DNA of 64,000 nt, taken from positions 1,072,656-1,136,655 of the forward strand of contig NMRA01000072.1 of assembly GCA_002633005.1 (NCBI GenBank), given 5' to 3'. The notes under the pieces are model-generated. The model was given only the letters and a program-made list of their open reading frames with translations, searched no databases and was not told the DNA's origin. The position numbers were made by a program, and so were the translations under genes. This DNA comes from Phoronis australis (Eukaryota > Animalia > Phoronida). Below are positions 27,301 to 39,300 of this stretch, piece after piece. Position 1 is the first letter of the stretch, and each line of letters starts with the position of its first letter.

Positions 27301-30300
27301 ACTAACACATTGTTACTACCAGTTCTTCCAAAGACCAGAAATCCCTTTGCAACTAAGAAAGGATCATGTTGACACAAAATTCAAACCATTAATAGTCTAC
27401 AGTCCAGTGTCAAGAGAAACAAGCCAAAGAAACATAATTATTATGTTCTGAAAGAATATTTCCAAATCAAAATCGACAAAATGGCAAAGAGGAGCACAGA
27501 CCCAAGACTCACAAGTAGCAAACAATATAACATGAAGTGTCAGTCTTCAAAATGAGAACCCTTGACCACAAGATGTGTTACAACACAAGACACAATATTA
27601 ACATTATGTTAAACAGGTGAGCTGGAGCACGCCACCCACTATGTTAAAACCAACACCCAACAGCTAGGAAGAAAAACCAGGAACAAGCAGGCCAGGGGTG
27701 CGTTCCGTAGACCCAAGACACTTGAGAAGTACATGCGTCAAGAAATCTTTGCTTATGAAACGGAAACAATGACTTCTATCCTACAATTCAACATTCCAAC
27801 CTCGTAGACCAATCACTTTTGAATCAGTGGTCACCATTTTGATAGAGTTTACAGGCAATGGAAGACTTTCAAATAGCAATGTGGCGACTGATCACCTGGG
27901 AAAAACCCAAGTTGCCACAAAGTCACCACTGTGAGAATCAGTCATACAATAATTAGTCCGAAATTTGTTTCAAAGTTTGTGATGACTTCTAAACTTTAAA
28001 ACCTTAAATTACAGTTTTCTTACATTATATTTTTGGTTCACAACTGTTCCATTTATTTCATGAAATCGGTGCATTTGCCACCACAGCAGTCAGCACACGT
28101 CAAACACGGGCTTAAATTACAACAAGAGGTAAAGAGATGGAAGCCTGAATTGTTCGGCAAAAATAGGGCAAGATCGATGAAATACGCGCCTCCAGAGTAT
28201 GCGATCATCTGCATTCTGTCTTCGTTGGCAAGAGGAATTCAATTAGAGAATAAATGGCACATATTTTTTACCGAGAGAAATTGAAGAGGTACACGTAAAT
28301 TTCTTAAAACAGAGTACGGCACTTTCTTTTTTAGTCAATGAATTTGACTTTTTAGTCTACGATTTTGACGTCCGTTTTGGGGACCTCAGATTTCGCTTGG
28401 GGACCTGGGATTTTGGCATAAAGCTAAGTGTCGAGCACTGAACCAGGTGGTGATAAGAGTCACTGGTCCACGTGATGAACCTCCATTACTTTCTGAAAGT
28501 CTCCCATTCTGCTTAATCATAATTTGTCATGAAAGACTATATAAATCCTTATCAACCTTCTTGACTGGTATTATACGATATAAATGGTCGATAAGAATTC
28601 AATATTAATGACTGATATAACTTTTTAATTCACGGTTTGTCATCAAATACGATAATTTGTAACATTTCTTATCTCCGAGTAATGATAAATGATCAAAAGA
28701 GGTTATATCCATGAACCATGCGATGAATGATGATTCGACAATCACCAGCCTAATATGAATTCACATCAACCAAAATGAAGGTGTATGCTAATAAGCTCCC
28801 GCAACATGACCCCTTTCACTTGCGTGACCTCACATTTTCGTGAAATTCTTGCGTCTACGGAAAGTCCCCATTTCCAGCTGAGTAATCTGCCAAGCATTTC
28901 CCCACATCTCTCTTGCACCATCAGATGTGTTGTAATGGCACAGAAGTCTCCAACACGCCTCACAAGTCTTTTAAGCCGGAGCACACCCATTATTATAAAG
29001 TGCTTTTTCAAGCATTAAGTTAGGGTAAAAATTCCTCAATTTAGGACATATATAATCAATTGCTGTTTACTAAAGCAAAAATCTCACAAATTAAGGACAA
29101 ACAAGTAAAATTTCATTTTTTCATTATTTTCATAAGATATGCAGCACCAATTAAATGCACTGGCTTTTTCAAGCTCCATGTCACACCTAACTTAAATCAT
29201 TGTTTTGAAAATTGCGAGCATTCACAACACTGCCTTTGAGAATTGAAAAATCAATAAATTATTTTTGTTGAAAATTGGAGTAATTTTTACAGTATATTAA
29301 AAAAACTTATCAAAAGTTGTCTGATGACAACTACATGATGACAATGAAACCAATTTTTAAAAAAAAATTTTATTCGTAAATACACGAAACCAAACTTACT
29401 GCATATCTATTTTTGCTGACAAACTAAAACTTCTTTTCCCCACTTAAGCATGTCCTAAAAAGATTTTTTACCAAACTTATTGTAGTTAGATCACCTTCAC
29501 CCCAGTGGTATCCTTTTATTCAGATTACAAGTGGTTAGAGTATGCCAGACACACGCCACTACCTGGATGAAGCTGTTGTGGAGGAGGCAGGGGCGAAACA
29601 GTCCGACTTGACTGCACAAGTTCATCGGATTGCAGAGTGTCACTTAACTCCCCTGTTTCCATTGTGCCCTCATCATCATCTTGTAATAATGTACAGTATG
29701 TATACAGTACAGTAGAAACCATAACGTATAAAGTAAAGTAGAAATCATCAATTGCCTTCGAGTGAGAAACAACATTATTTTGTCAGACAAATAATTTGGT
29801 GTTTGCGAAATTAGACAAATGTATGGAATAAACAAGGTCAGAACCAACTCAATTTACTAAATGAATTAAACAGATTTCTTTTAAGTTGACTATACAGCAA
29901 AAATGCGATGTTTAAATTGTTACCTATGGTGACTTGATCAGGGAATTAACATTGCCATGCAAGTTTTTGTGCATTATGACAAGTGAAAAACTCTGGCATT
30001 TGGTTCATTTTCATAGCAATCTTCATAATATTGAGAATTAAGAATTTTGCTATAAATACACTTCCCTATATTTATCCACATCACTTGGGGTCAGTTTCAT
30101 GAAAAGTGACTAGAGACTTAAGACAGAAACTTGGTCTTATGCTGCACAAAACTATTTCAGAAAAATAATTAAATCTCTAATCAGAGCAAAAGTGCAAAGT
30201 CTCTGAGAATATAGTTACACATATCTGCGAGGTACTGAGATAATTTCTGCGATTTATTTTTAGACTGCTGTGGTGCGCTCATAATTACTCGGCTAAACTA

Positions 30301-33300
30301 TTTTTATAGAGAAGTTAGAGCTTAAAGCCAAATTTCCTTCTTAAGTCTTAATCACTTTCATAAAACAGAATCCTGTATTATTTAAATTCTTTTTCCATAC
30401 AGCACAGATTACGTTTCCTCGTGAACAGAAAACAAAGAAGACAATAAAAGCCTAATAAGTGACTACAATAGCAAGTTCACAGCCATCAGCAATGGTTGCC
30501 ATCTTACCTTGACTGACTATGACCTCATTATCCACCTCCAGTTCAGGAGAGTTCTCCTGACTGGAGACTTCCACAGACTCCTCAATCTGTTTGTTGGCCT
30601 CAACTTCCTCGTCTATACACCAAAATAAATATGTGCAAACAAAACTAAACGAAAGCATAAAAACAATGAATGGGTATAACAACAGAATTAAGCAAATCGT
30701 GTCGAAAAAGCGTGTGCCAGAAAATAGCAACTTAACAGCAATTAACAGACGCCCTCAGATCATGCAATGAATAAGGTAGTAGCAACCAAAGGAAAGAAAT
30801 TAACTATAGCAGAAAATAATTAACGGTTAATTTTCAAGCTGAATAGCAGCAATTTCTTTTAATACCCTTTCCCAGCCAATTCATAATTTTGGGTTTCTAA
30901 GACATTATGTCAAGACTATGCCAATACAGCAATTGGTCGACTAAAATCAAATCCAATTCAAACGAGGCACCAACTCACATCAACAACATATCAAAATACA
31001 ATATACTAAATAATATAACAGGCACAAAAACAGAGGGCAGGAGATTTAATAAAGGTGACGTGATAACAGACCCTATAGCAGACAACACAAAGACCAAATC
31101 TGTTCAAAAACAACCAGCACAACATGTTACCCACCTCTGGGTTTGGATTTCCTAACCACGTCGACCACCACGTTCTTCCCACTCGCGCTCTTCTCCACGT
31201 TCACCTCAATTCCCTGCTTGACCTCACCGTGTCCCTCCATCTCAGCTGCTGACCTGTCAGCGCCATCTGCAGGCGGTCGTGCCACATCGACTACCACGTG
31301 TTGTCCGCTCTCGCTCTTCTCCACCAAGACATCCATCTTGTTCCTGGCTGGTGGCGGATGTGGTTCACGGATTGGAGGCTCCTGTTCCACAACCACCTGC
31401 TGTTCAACATGGCCGCCTGAGACAACGACATCATCACTGAATTCTACCGTCTTCTTGGCATCACCCATTCTACGCATGGGAACTGGACGAACAGCCTTTG
31501 GGGTTTCAACCTAAATGAAATGTGAACAGAAGACGTTAATTGATCAGCCACAACTCAAAACCAACGTTTTTGAAACGCATATGACTGAAAAAAGTACCGC
31601 TTCAGTTTTTGGCGATACTTTCTTGCACTTTGAATTTTCTTTGCTTCAGACTGCATGAAGTTCTGACTAAACTTTCCAGCAATATCGTATTAAAATGAGA
31701 AATACCGACTCTGGTCAGTAAGAGAGTGCAAGCACCTCCCTCAATCTACCTGCATTCACTCAGAAAGAAGTCACGAGAGTGCTTATACATTACATCTCAT
31801 AGGGTCAGATAGGGACAATAAACTGACTTACAATTTTGAAATTTTAAGTTAATCATCTCTGGATCATAATGAAATGAATTGAAAACTTAATGAGCTATTG
31901 CATCTGAGCCCCTGAAGTATTAATTTTATAAAAATTTCATGTAAATACATGGCAATGAGCCCGCTCAATAACAGAAAAAACAAACACTATGAATTATGTA
32001 ACCTTCCTCAACCTCGTAGCCAAATACAAAGAGACTAGAAAATTGCAAGCCCAGAGTTGAAAAATGCATATTTTCGTGCTTGCGCAAACTAAACGTCCCA
32101 TGGTACAAATTCTAACTGGGAGGACTACGACTAGAGGTGCGCTCAGTAAGAGATAGAAGCACTTCTTGTGAGAAATCTTGGCAAAAACAACGGTAATGAT
32201 GAGTGTTAACGTTTCATTATTTCCCATAATTCAACATTTTTCAGCGGCAGCTATACTGTGCTAGTGTATGCTAATAAGGTTGCGAGCTAAGTAACGGAGA
32301 CCCAGCGAGGTGTAGCTTTAAATGCGATCCAGCCAAACTAGCAACATACAGGATTACAGAATGCGGCCCTTGTCTATTCAGAACAACCACTTTCTTACCT
32401 CCTTTACTGGAGTCATTGTCATGGGTCGCGGCCCTGGTGACGCGGGCGATGATCGCTCTGTGGACTGCTTCACTTGGGCCAGGCTTCGTGGCTTGGGAGT
32501 GGACATAGCGGACGGGCCTGAAGTGGGCATGTGCGAGATCGTTGGACCGGAGACTGCTGATGGTGCTCCAGCCAAAATGGAGACATCCTCCCCTGGCAAC
32601 ATGGGTGGTCTCTCGCGGGGTAGTTGGGGGGTGGTGGCAAGGATCTGAGGATGAAATTAGAACAAAGACAAAAATACACATATGTTCTGCACTTGTGTTT
32701 NCATTCACTCAGAAAGAAGTCACGAGAGTGCTTATACATTACATCTCATAGGGTCAGATAGGGACAATAAACTGACTTACAATTTTGAAATTTTAAGTTA
32801 ATCATCTCTGGATCATAATGAAATGAATTGAAAACTTAATGAGCTATTGCACCTGAGCCCCTGAAGTATTAATTTTGTAAAAATTTCATGTAAATGCATG
32901 GCAATGAGCCCGCTCAATAACAGAAAAAACAAACACTATGAATTATGTAACCTTCCTCAACCTCGTAGCCAAATACAAAGAGACTAGAAAATTGCAAGCC
33001 CAGAGTTGAAAAATGCATATTTTCGTGCTTGCGCAAACTAAACATCCCATGGTACAAATTCTAACTGGGAGGACTACGACCAGAGGTGCGCTCAGTAAGA
33101 GATCGAAGCACTTCTTGTGAGAAATCTTGGCAAAAACAACTGTAATGATGAGTGTTAACGGTTCATTATTTCCCATAATTCAACGTTTTGGCATACCCAT
33201 CCAATCGTTTTCAGCGGCAGCTATACTGTGCTAGTGTATGCTAATAAGGTTGCGAGCTAAGTAACGGAGACCCAGCGAGGTGTAGCTTCAAATGTGATCC

Positions 33301-36300
33301 AGCCAAACTAGCAACATACAGGATTACAGAATGCGGCCCTAGTCTATTCAGAATAACCACTTTCTTACCTCCTTTACTGGAGTCATTGTCATTGGTCGTG
33401 GCCCTGGTGACGCAGGCGATGATCGCTCTGTGGACTGCTTCACTTGGGCCAGGCTTCGTGGCTTGGGAGTGGACATAGCGGACGGGCCTGAAGTGGGCAT
33501 GTGCGAGATCATTGAACCGGAGACTGCTGATGGTGCTCCAGCCAAAATGGAGACATCCTCCCCTGGCAACATGGGTGGTCTCTCGCGGGGTAGTTGGGGG
33601 GTGGTGGCAAGGATCTGAGGATGAAATTAGAACATGCGAAACAAAACAAAGACAAAAATACATATATGTTGTGCACTTGTGTTTTCACAAAAACACGGAT
33701 TCCATTTTTTATGATTTCTTGAACTGCATCTGTGCGCACTGAATTATGAGATAGGTTAAAAACGTTTTCAGGTTGTGTGTTGAGCGGCGTGCTAAAAGGT
33801 CACACTACCAGGTCGTAGATTTGTCTGCACCTCTAATAACTTCTTATTTAACCCTTATCCTGCTGAGCCTCTATTCAGACTACTTTCCCTGTGTGTTGAG
33901 CTACTGCTGTACACTAAGCTGTTATAAAGGTCACCCAGACTAATGACCTAACAATTTTAAATTGGAATTTTGAAGGGGAAATGTTAATTTCATAGAAAAC
34001 AAGCCAACATAAAAGTTGTCCAGAATTTAATGGAGATTCTCACCATATGTAAATCTTCATCATAACCTTAGTGACAGTAACCTGATCCACTGTCATCATC
34101 TCACGTCTGGCTCCAGCCATATAATGAAACTATGTGTGTACACTTACATAAACCTGCCAATATCTCCCAAACTAGTAATCACAGCCATATGGTTTTAATC
34201 GGAGAAATGAAGAGGAAACCGTGAACTGTGGAATGGGCATGCTCATATATCTACACAACATTCCAAGGCTCTTACAATTTCTGAATGAAAATCACAAGTG
34301 TCCTCGGGTGAGTGCACTCTCCTAGCGCAGCCTAGCTGCAGCTTATCATAGTCGATTGAGTACACCCAAAGCATTGTACTAGGATAATTGGCAAGTCGGC
34401 TGACCTCGCCTAGCACAGAATAATGGTTAAGAGTTTCCCCTCAGTTGCACATTTTCTTCATTATGACTGGTCACATTCTTTGGGGAAGAAACATCGAAGT
34501 GCCACCAAGAGCTATTCCTCAGCCAGTCTTAAACCACCAACGTACTAACAATCACACACATGGTATTAAAGCTTTAAAATGATTGTTAAGCACTTAGTAG
34601 AGGTACATGCTACATAAAAGCCTAGATTATTATCATTACTTAACGACATTAAGCAGCCATGATACTGTCTGCCAGACTGACTCACCTGAGCAACTGTCTT
34701 GGTTGACGCTTTAGGAGGTATATAAGAGTACTGCCATCTCAGGTCTATGTCCATTGCACCATTGACAGAACCATCGTCCTAGGCAAGGCGCAGCAAAAAA
34801 AAAAAGGTGATGAAGAAAATCAAGACAAATAAATAGGCGATACTTTTTTTAATAAAATCCCAAAGTCGTTGCTGTCTTCGTTTGCAATTTCTTAAACTTG
34901 TACCCTCTACATTCATTTAGTTAATATCTTCATTATTATGCTTTCAGTTGGTAATGACATGTATTTGCTTACATAGTTATCAACAAACACAAGCCCTGCC
35001 TTGCATGAACTACTAAACGCGAGACTGCTGATTACGCTGGGATACAAAATTAAGCATTTCAATGACGCATCTTGTTTCATTTTGATTTTACACTTGGATA
35101 AAGAAACAAGTCAAGCTCTACTTACCCTCTTCAGTTCAAAAGTGCCCTTAATGGCCTTGTCATGCGCCAAGGCCAACATGGGTACAGTGGCGACACCTAA
35201 ATAGGTCGCTTCCTCAGGGTCCGTGTCATCGAATACGTAGACCAGAAGTGGCTGAAATAAACACCCACAAGGCATCAACAAAATCCTAGCAAGAAAAAGA
35301 CCAGACGAGTGACTCTAATATTTGTATGCATTGTTGTCCATCTCTCAAATCAAATCGTGTTTTAATTTTAAGTACAGAACAATACTATATTATCAATTAA
35401 TGCAGGAAAATGCTATGCAAAGCAGCTGCCTTTAGAATGCTCGCAGCAATCTGAACTTGAACTATACCTGAGACTTGAGATACTGGTCGAGATCGGCAGT
35501 CATGGTAACAGGGAAGGTGTGGTGGTCCATGAACTCTGGACTATTTGTGTTGGGAACGATGGTGGTGTCACGGTCGGGGAAGTCAAAGAACTTATACATA
35601 CAGTATGGCGATGGCTGCATGCCTAAGGAAACGTAAGTTTAGATTACATCACTGGTGTAAGATATGATAGCGATGTTGCAGTCAAAGAACATGTGTTGTG
35701 CATTCCGTGGTTTCCATATTTGGGTCCGATTCATAACTCACTAAAGGTCCACTGTACTTGCCAATAGGAATTTGACAAAATTTTGGGTGAGAACCCGTCA
35801 CGACCGGCCACTCTTAACTACTCAAATGGTGAATTCTGCAGTAAGCCATCATGAAGCGGAATTCAGGAATTCAGGGTAATGTTATTAAATTATTTTTTGG
35901 ATAGAAGCATGGACACAGTGTTCCTAATTTTAATTTATCAATGAAGCAGATTTTTCAGAATGTGATGTCATATTCAGAAACATGAAAAAAAGACAATAAC
36001 AAGAGCAACGCAGAGCGTTGAAATGCGTCCACAATTGCACCGTATACGGTATGATCCTTCTAGGGTTGTTTATTGGTACCATAAAGTGGCCAGTAGAGGG
36101 CATATATATAGTATGTTGTACTTTGCAAAATGGAGAGGCATGGTCATTGTCTCCTCAATAGGCTAGGTTTCAAAATGTGAGTGATCTTCATAATACAAGC
36201 ACATCCTATACATCAGTTGCTTAAAGCACCACAGAAACATAGAACTAAAAACAAATTTACCAACATACGAGATTAGCACAGCATTAGAATGCCAGAAACA

Positions 36301-39300
36301 AATTTCTACTTGGAACTTTTCCTTCATAGTCACGAAGTAACACAAAGTATACACCTGAAGACCTATGAAAATACAGAGGTTAATGTGAAATATTTAAATT
36401 GCCACTAGAGGCANNNNNNNNNNNNNNNNNNNNNNNNNNNNNNNNNNNNNNNNNNNNNNNNNNNNNNNNNNNNNNNNNNNNNNNNNNNNNNNNNNNNNNN
36501 NNNNNNNNNNNNNNNNNNNNNNNNNNNNNNNNNNNNNNNNNNNNNNNNNNNNNNNNNNNNNNNNNNNNNNNNNNNNNNNNNNNNNNNNNNNNNNNNNNNN
36601 NNNNNNNNNNNNNNNNNNNNNNNNNNNNNNNNNNNNNNNNNNNNNNNNNNNNNNNNNNNNNNNNNNNNNNNNNNNNNNNNNNNNNNNNNNNNNNNNNNNN
36701 NNNNNNNNNNNNNNNNNNNNNNNNNNNNNNNNNNNNNNNNNNNNNNNNNNNNNNNNNNNNNNNNNNNNNNNNNNNNNNNNNNNNNNNNNNNNNNNNNNNN
36801 NNNNNNNNNNNNNNNNNNNNNNNNNNNNNNNNNNNNNNNNNNNNNNNNNNNNNNNNNNNNNNNNNNNNNNNNNNNNNNNNNNNNNNNNNNNNNNNNNNNN
36901 NNNNNNNNNNNNNNNNNNNNNNNNNNNNNNNNNNNNNNNNNNNNNNNNNNNNNNNNNNNNNNNNNNNNNNNAAAACTGCCACTAGGAGGCGCCACAGTAG
37001 TCGAAATCGTCGGAAAATCATCGTCAACCGTCCTCTACATAGTAAGCATATACATGCCAATTTTCACAATCATCCTTTGAGCGGTTTGGTTGATAGAGGG
37101 GTTGACGCACAAAAACACACTCGAAAACACTAAAAATGGCCAATAGGTGGCGCAAACTATGTCGAATCCATATGAAAACGAGAGGATAGCGTCATCTCAC
37201 TAATAAATGCCTACATGCTAAATTTCATGAAAATCCGTTCAGGACTTTTGAAGATACAAAGGTAAACGTAAAAAACTAAAATTGCCACTAGGGGGCACAC
37301 CGGTAGTCGGATCCGTCCGAAAGTTCGCACATGCCGTCCCATTCATGAATGGAACATATGTGCCAAATTTCATGAACATATGTCAAAGGGTTTTGGAGAT
37401 AGAGCAGCGGACGCCGGACGGACGCCGCCCGTACGGACGGACGGAGATGACGGCATAATGCGTCCACATATAAATATGTGGGCGCATAAAAGTTATCAAT
37501 CAATAAATATAATTCTGTAATAAGGGCCACAGGCCAACTGTACTATTCATTTTAACTATATTATTTGAATATGAGCTAAAATTGAAGCTACAGGTGTGGT
37601 ACTTTTTTAAAACTAGATACAAGTAAATTGGCTGTTGACAACTGATACCTGTCAATCAACTCTGTCAATCAACTCTGTCAATCAACTCTGTCAATCAACT
37701 CATCTCTCACCTTCTCTTCTTGCATTTACATTCTTGCACCGGATGACCTTGAGGTGCAGCTCATTAAGACTGTCATCAGGCCGCTGCGCTGCTGACTCGT
37801 CGAGAGCGCTCACTGCCTGCTCTGCTGCTCTCTGATTGGCCGTCAAGTAGCCAAGTGCTTTGGTACGTTCCTTATAGAGTCGCAGTGCCTGGTCCATAGG
37901 AACTTTTAACCTCACCCAGAATTCCACAGTGCCATATGTGTATCCAGGTGCTCCCTCAGCAATACCTGGCAATGAGAAGGTGTACATTTACTAAACAGTT
38001 AGATTTAGTCTCGATTTTGTAGCCCTACAAGGGAATAAGCCCACTTAAAATTTGTTTAAAGTTCTAATGTATAACCGACTGGTAACTACATGACATTGAG
38101 TACAAACCCACAAAAATCTCGTGCTGGAGTTGAGCAATCTAGAGAAAATCTACCTAGGAAAACAGATCCCAACAGCATACGTTGCTTATAATCGCATCAA
38201 ACGAACTACGAAACACATTCTAGATCATCAGGTAGGACACCTGCACATCATGGGCTCATACAAGGATGTTTGTAGAAGTTCAACGACTTGAGCACAAATC
38301 TTCAACAAAAGTCCACCCATGTGTGAACTTACCATAGTTTTGAAGCAGAGTTAGGCCATGTACAGCCTTCCACAGAACAAGCTCACTGTATGTAAATACC
38401 AGACACCGTAAAAATTCATCAATTTGGACAAAAATAATTGTTAAACTTGCCATATTTCTACATCTCAGAAGCTTACCACATAGTTGCACATGCACAAAAT
38501 ATTACCAAATGTTGTCCGGTAATAGCCAAGCCATATGAATCATGCTAAAAGCAAAGTGTAATTTCCTAAAAAGTAACTTATTTTTATTGAGAAAATGAAA
38601 TTTAACCTGTTCATCCTTCCACGTCCAAAACCGAAGATTTTTTTCTGTAAGTTCTGTAAAACAGCAACTCGAAAAGTTGCAATGCTCAGAAAGGAATCAA
38701 ATCAAAAAACCTACAATGATCCAACTCACCTATGAGGTCAGCTGCCCCCACGACTCGACCGTGTGGCTTGTCAAAGATGTCCCTGAACCGGAGTTGACAT
38801 GCAGCCACAGTACGGAACTCTGTGCCCAGGGCCTGATGCAGTTCTAGGGTCGTAGTTTCCTGAAACAACGGACAGGTAGCGGTGTTGCAGCCCAAACTGA
38901 TGCCTACGTCAAACTGATTTGGTTGGCATACTTCAATTTGGCTCGGGTTGGTGAGCCAAACTGATTGTGAGCCAAACTGAAGCTACTTTAAGTTCCCAAA
39001 TTAATGCCAGGGGTTTATGGTTTTTTCAACGGTTATCAGAACCAAATTTGACAACAATTATGAGTGTGATGTGGTGCGCAATAGTTTCTTAAGACATTTC
39101 CTCAATGCGATTAATCCTTATGACCTGAATACACGAGTACTCACTGTCGTCAATTTCAGTTCCGATAACCGCTAAAAATCCACAAACCACTGGCAGTAAT
39201 TTGGGAATTCACGGTAGCTTCAGTAGGGCACAGGCATCAATTTGGGCTGCAACAGCGTCACCTGTTGCCAGAATGCATCTTATTCAAAATTCAAGACTAC

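Larger units (their letters stand above)
31753..33684. repeat. Tandem ~950-980-bp duplication joined by a single N
   Basis: 31753-32700 versus 32702-33684, with scattered substitutions and two short indels; N at 32701. Confidence 0.95.

Noticed and set aside
36380-37133. Long ORFs of X residues
   Set aside because: Artefact of the N gap
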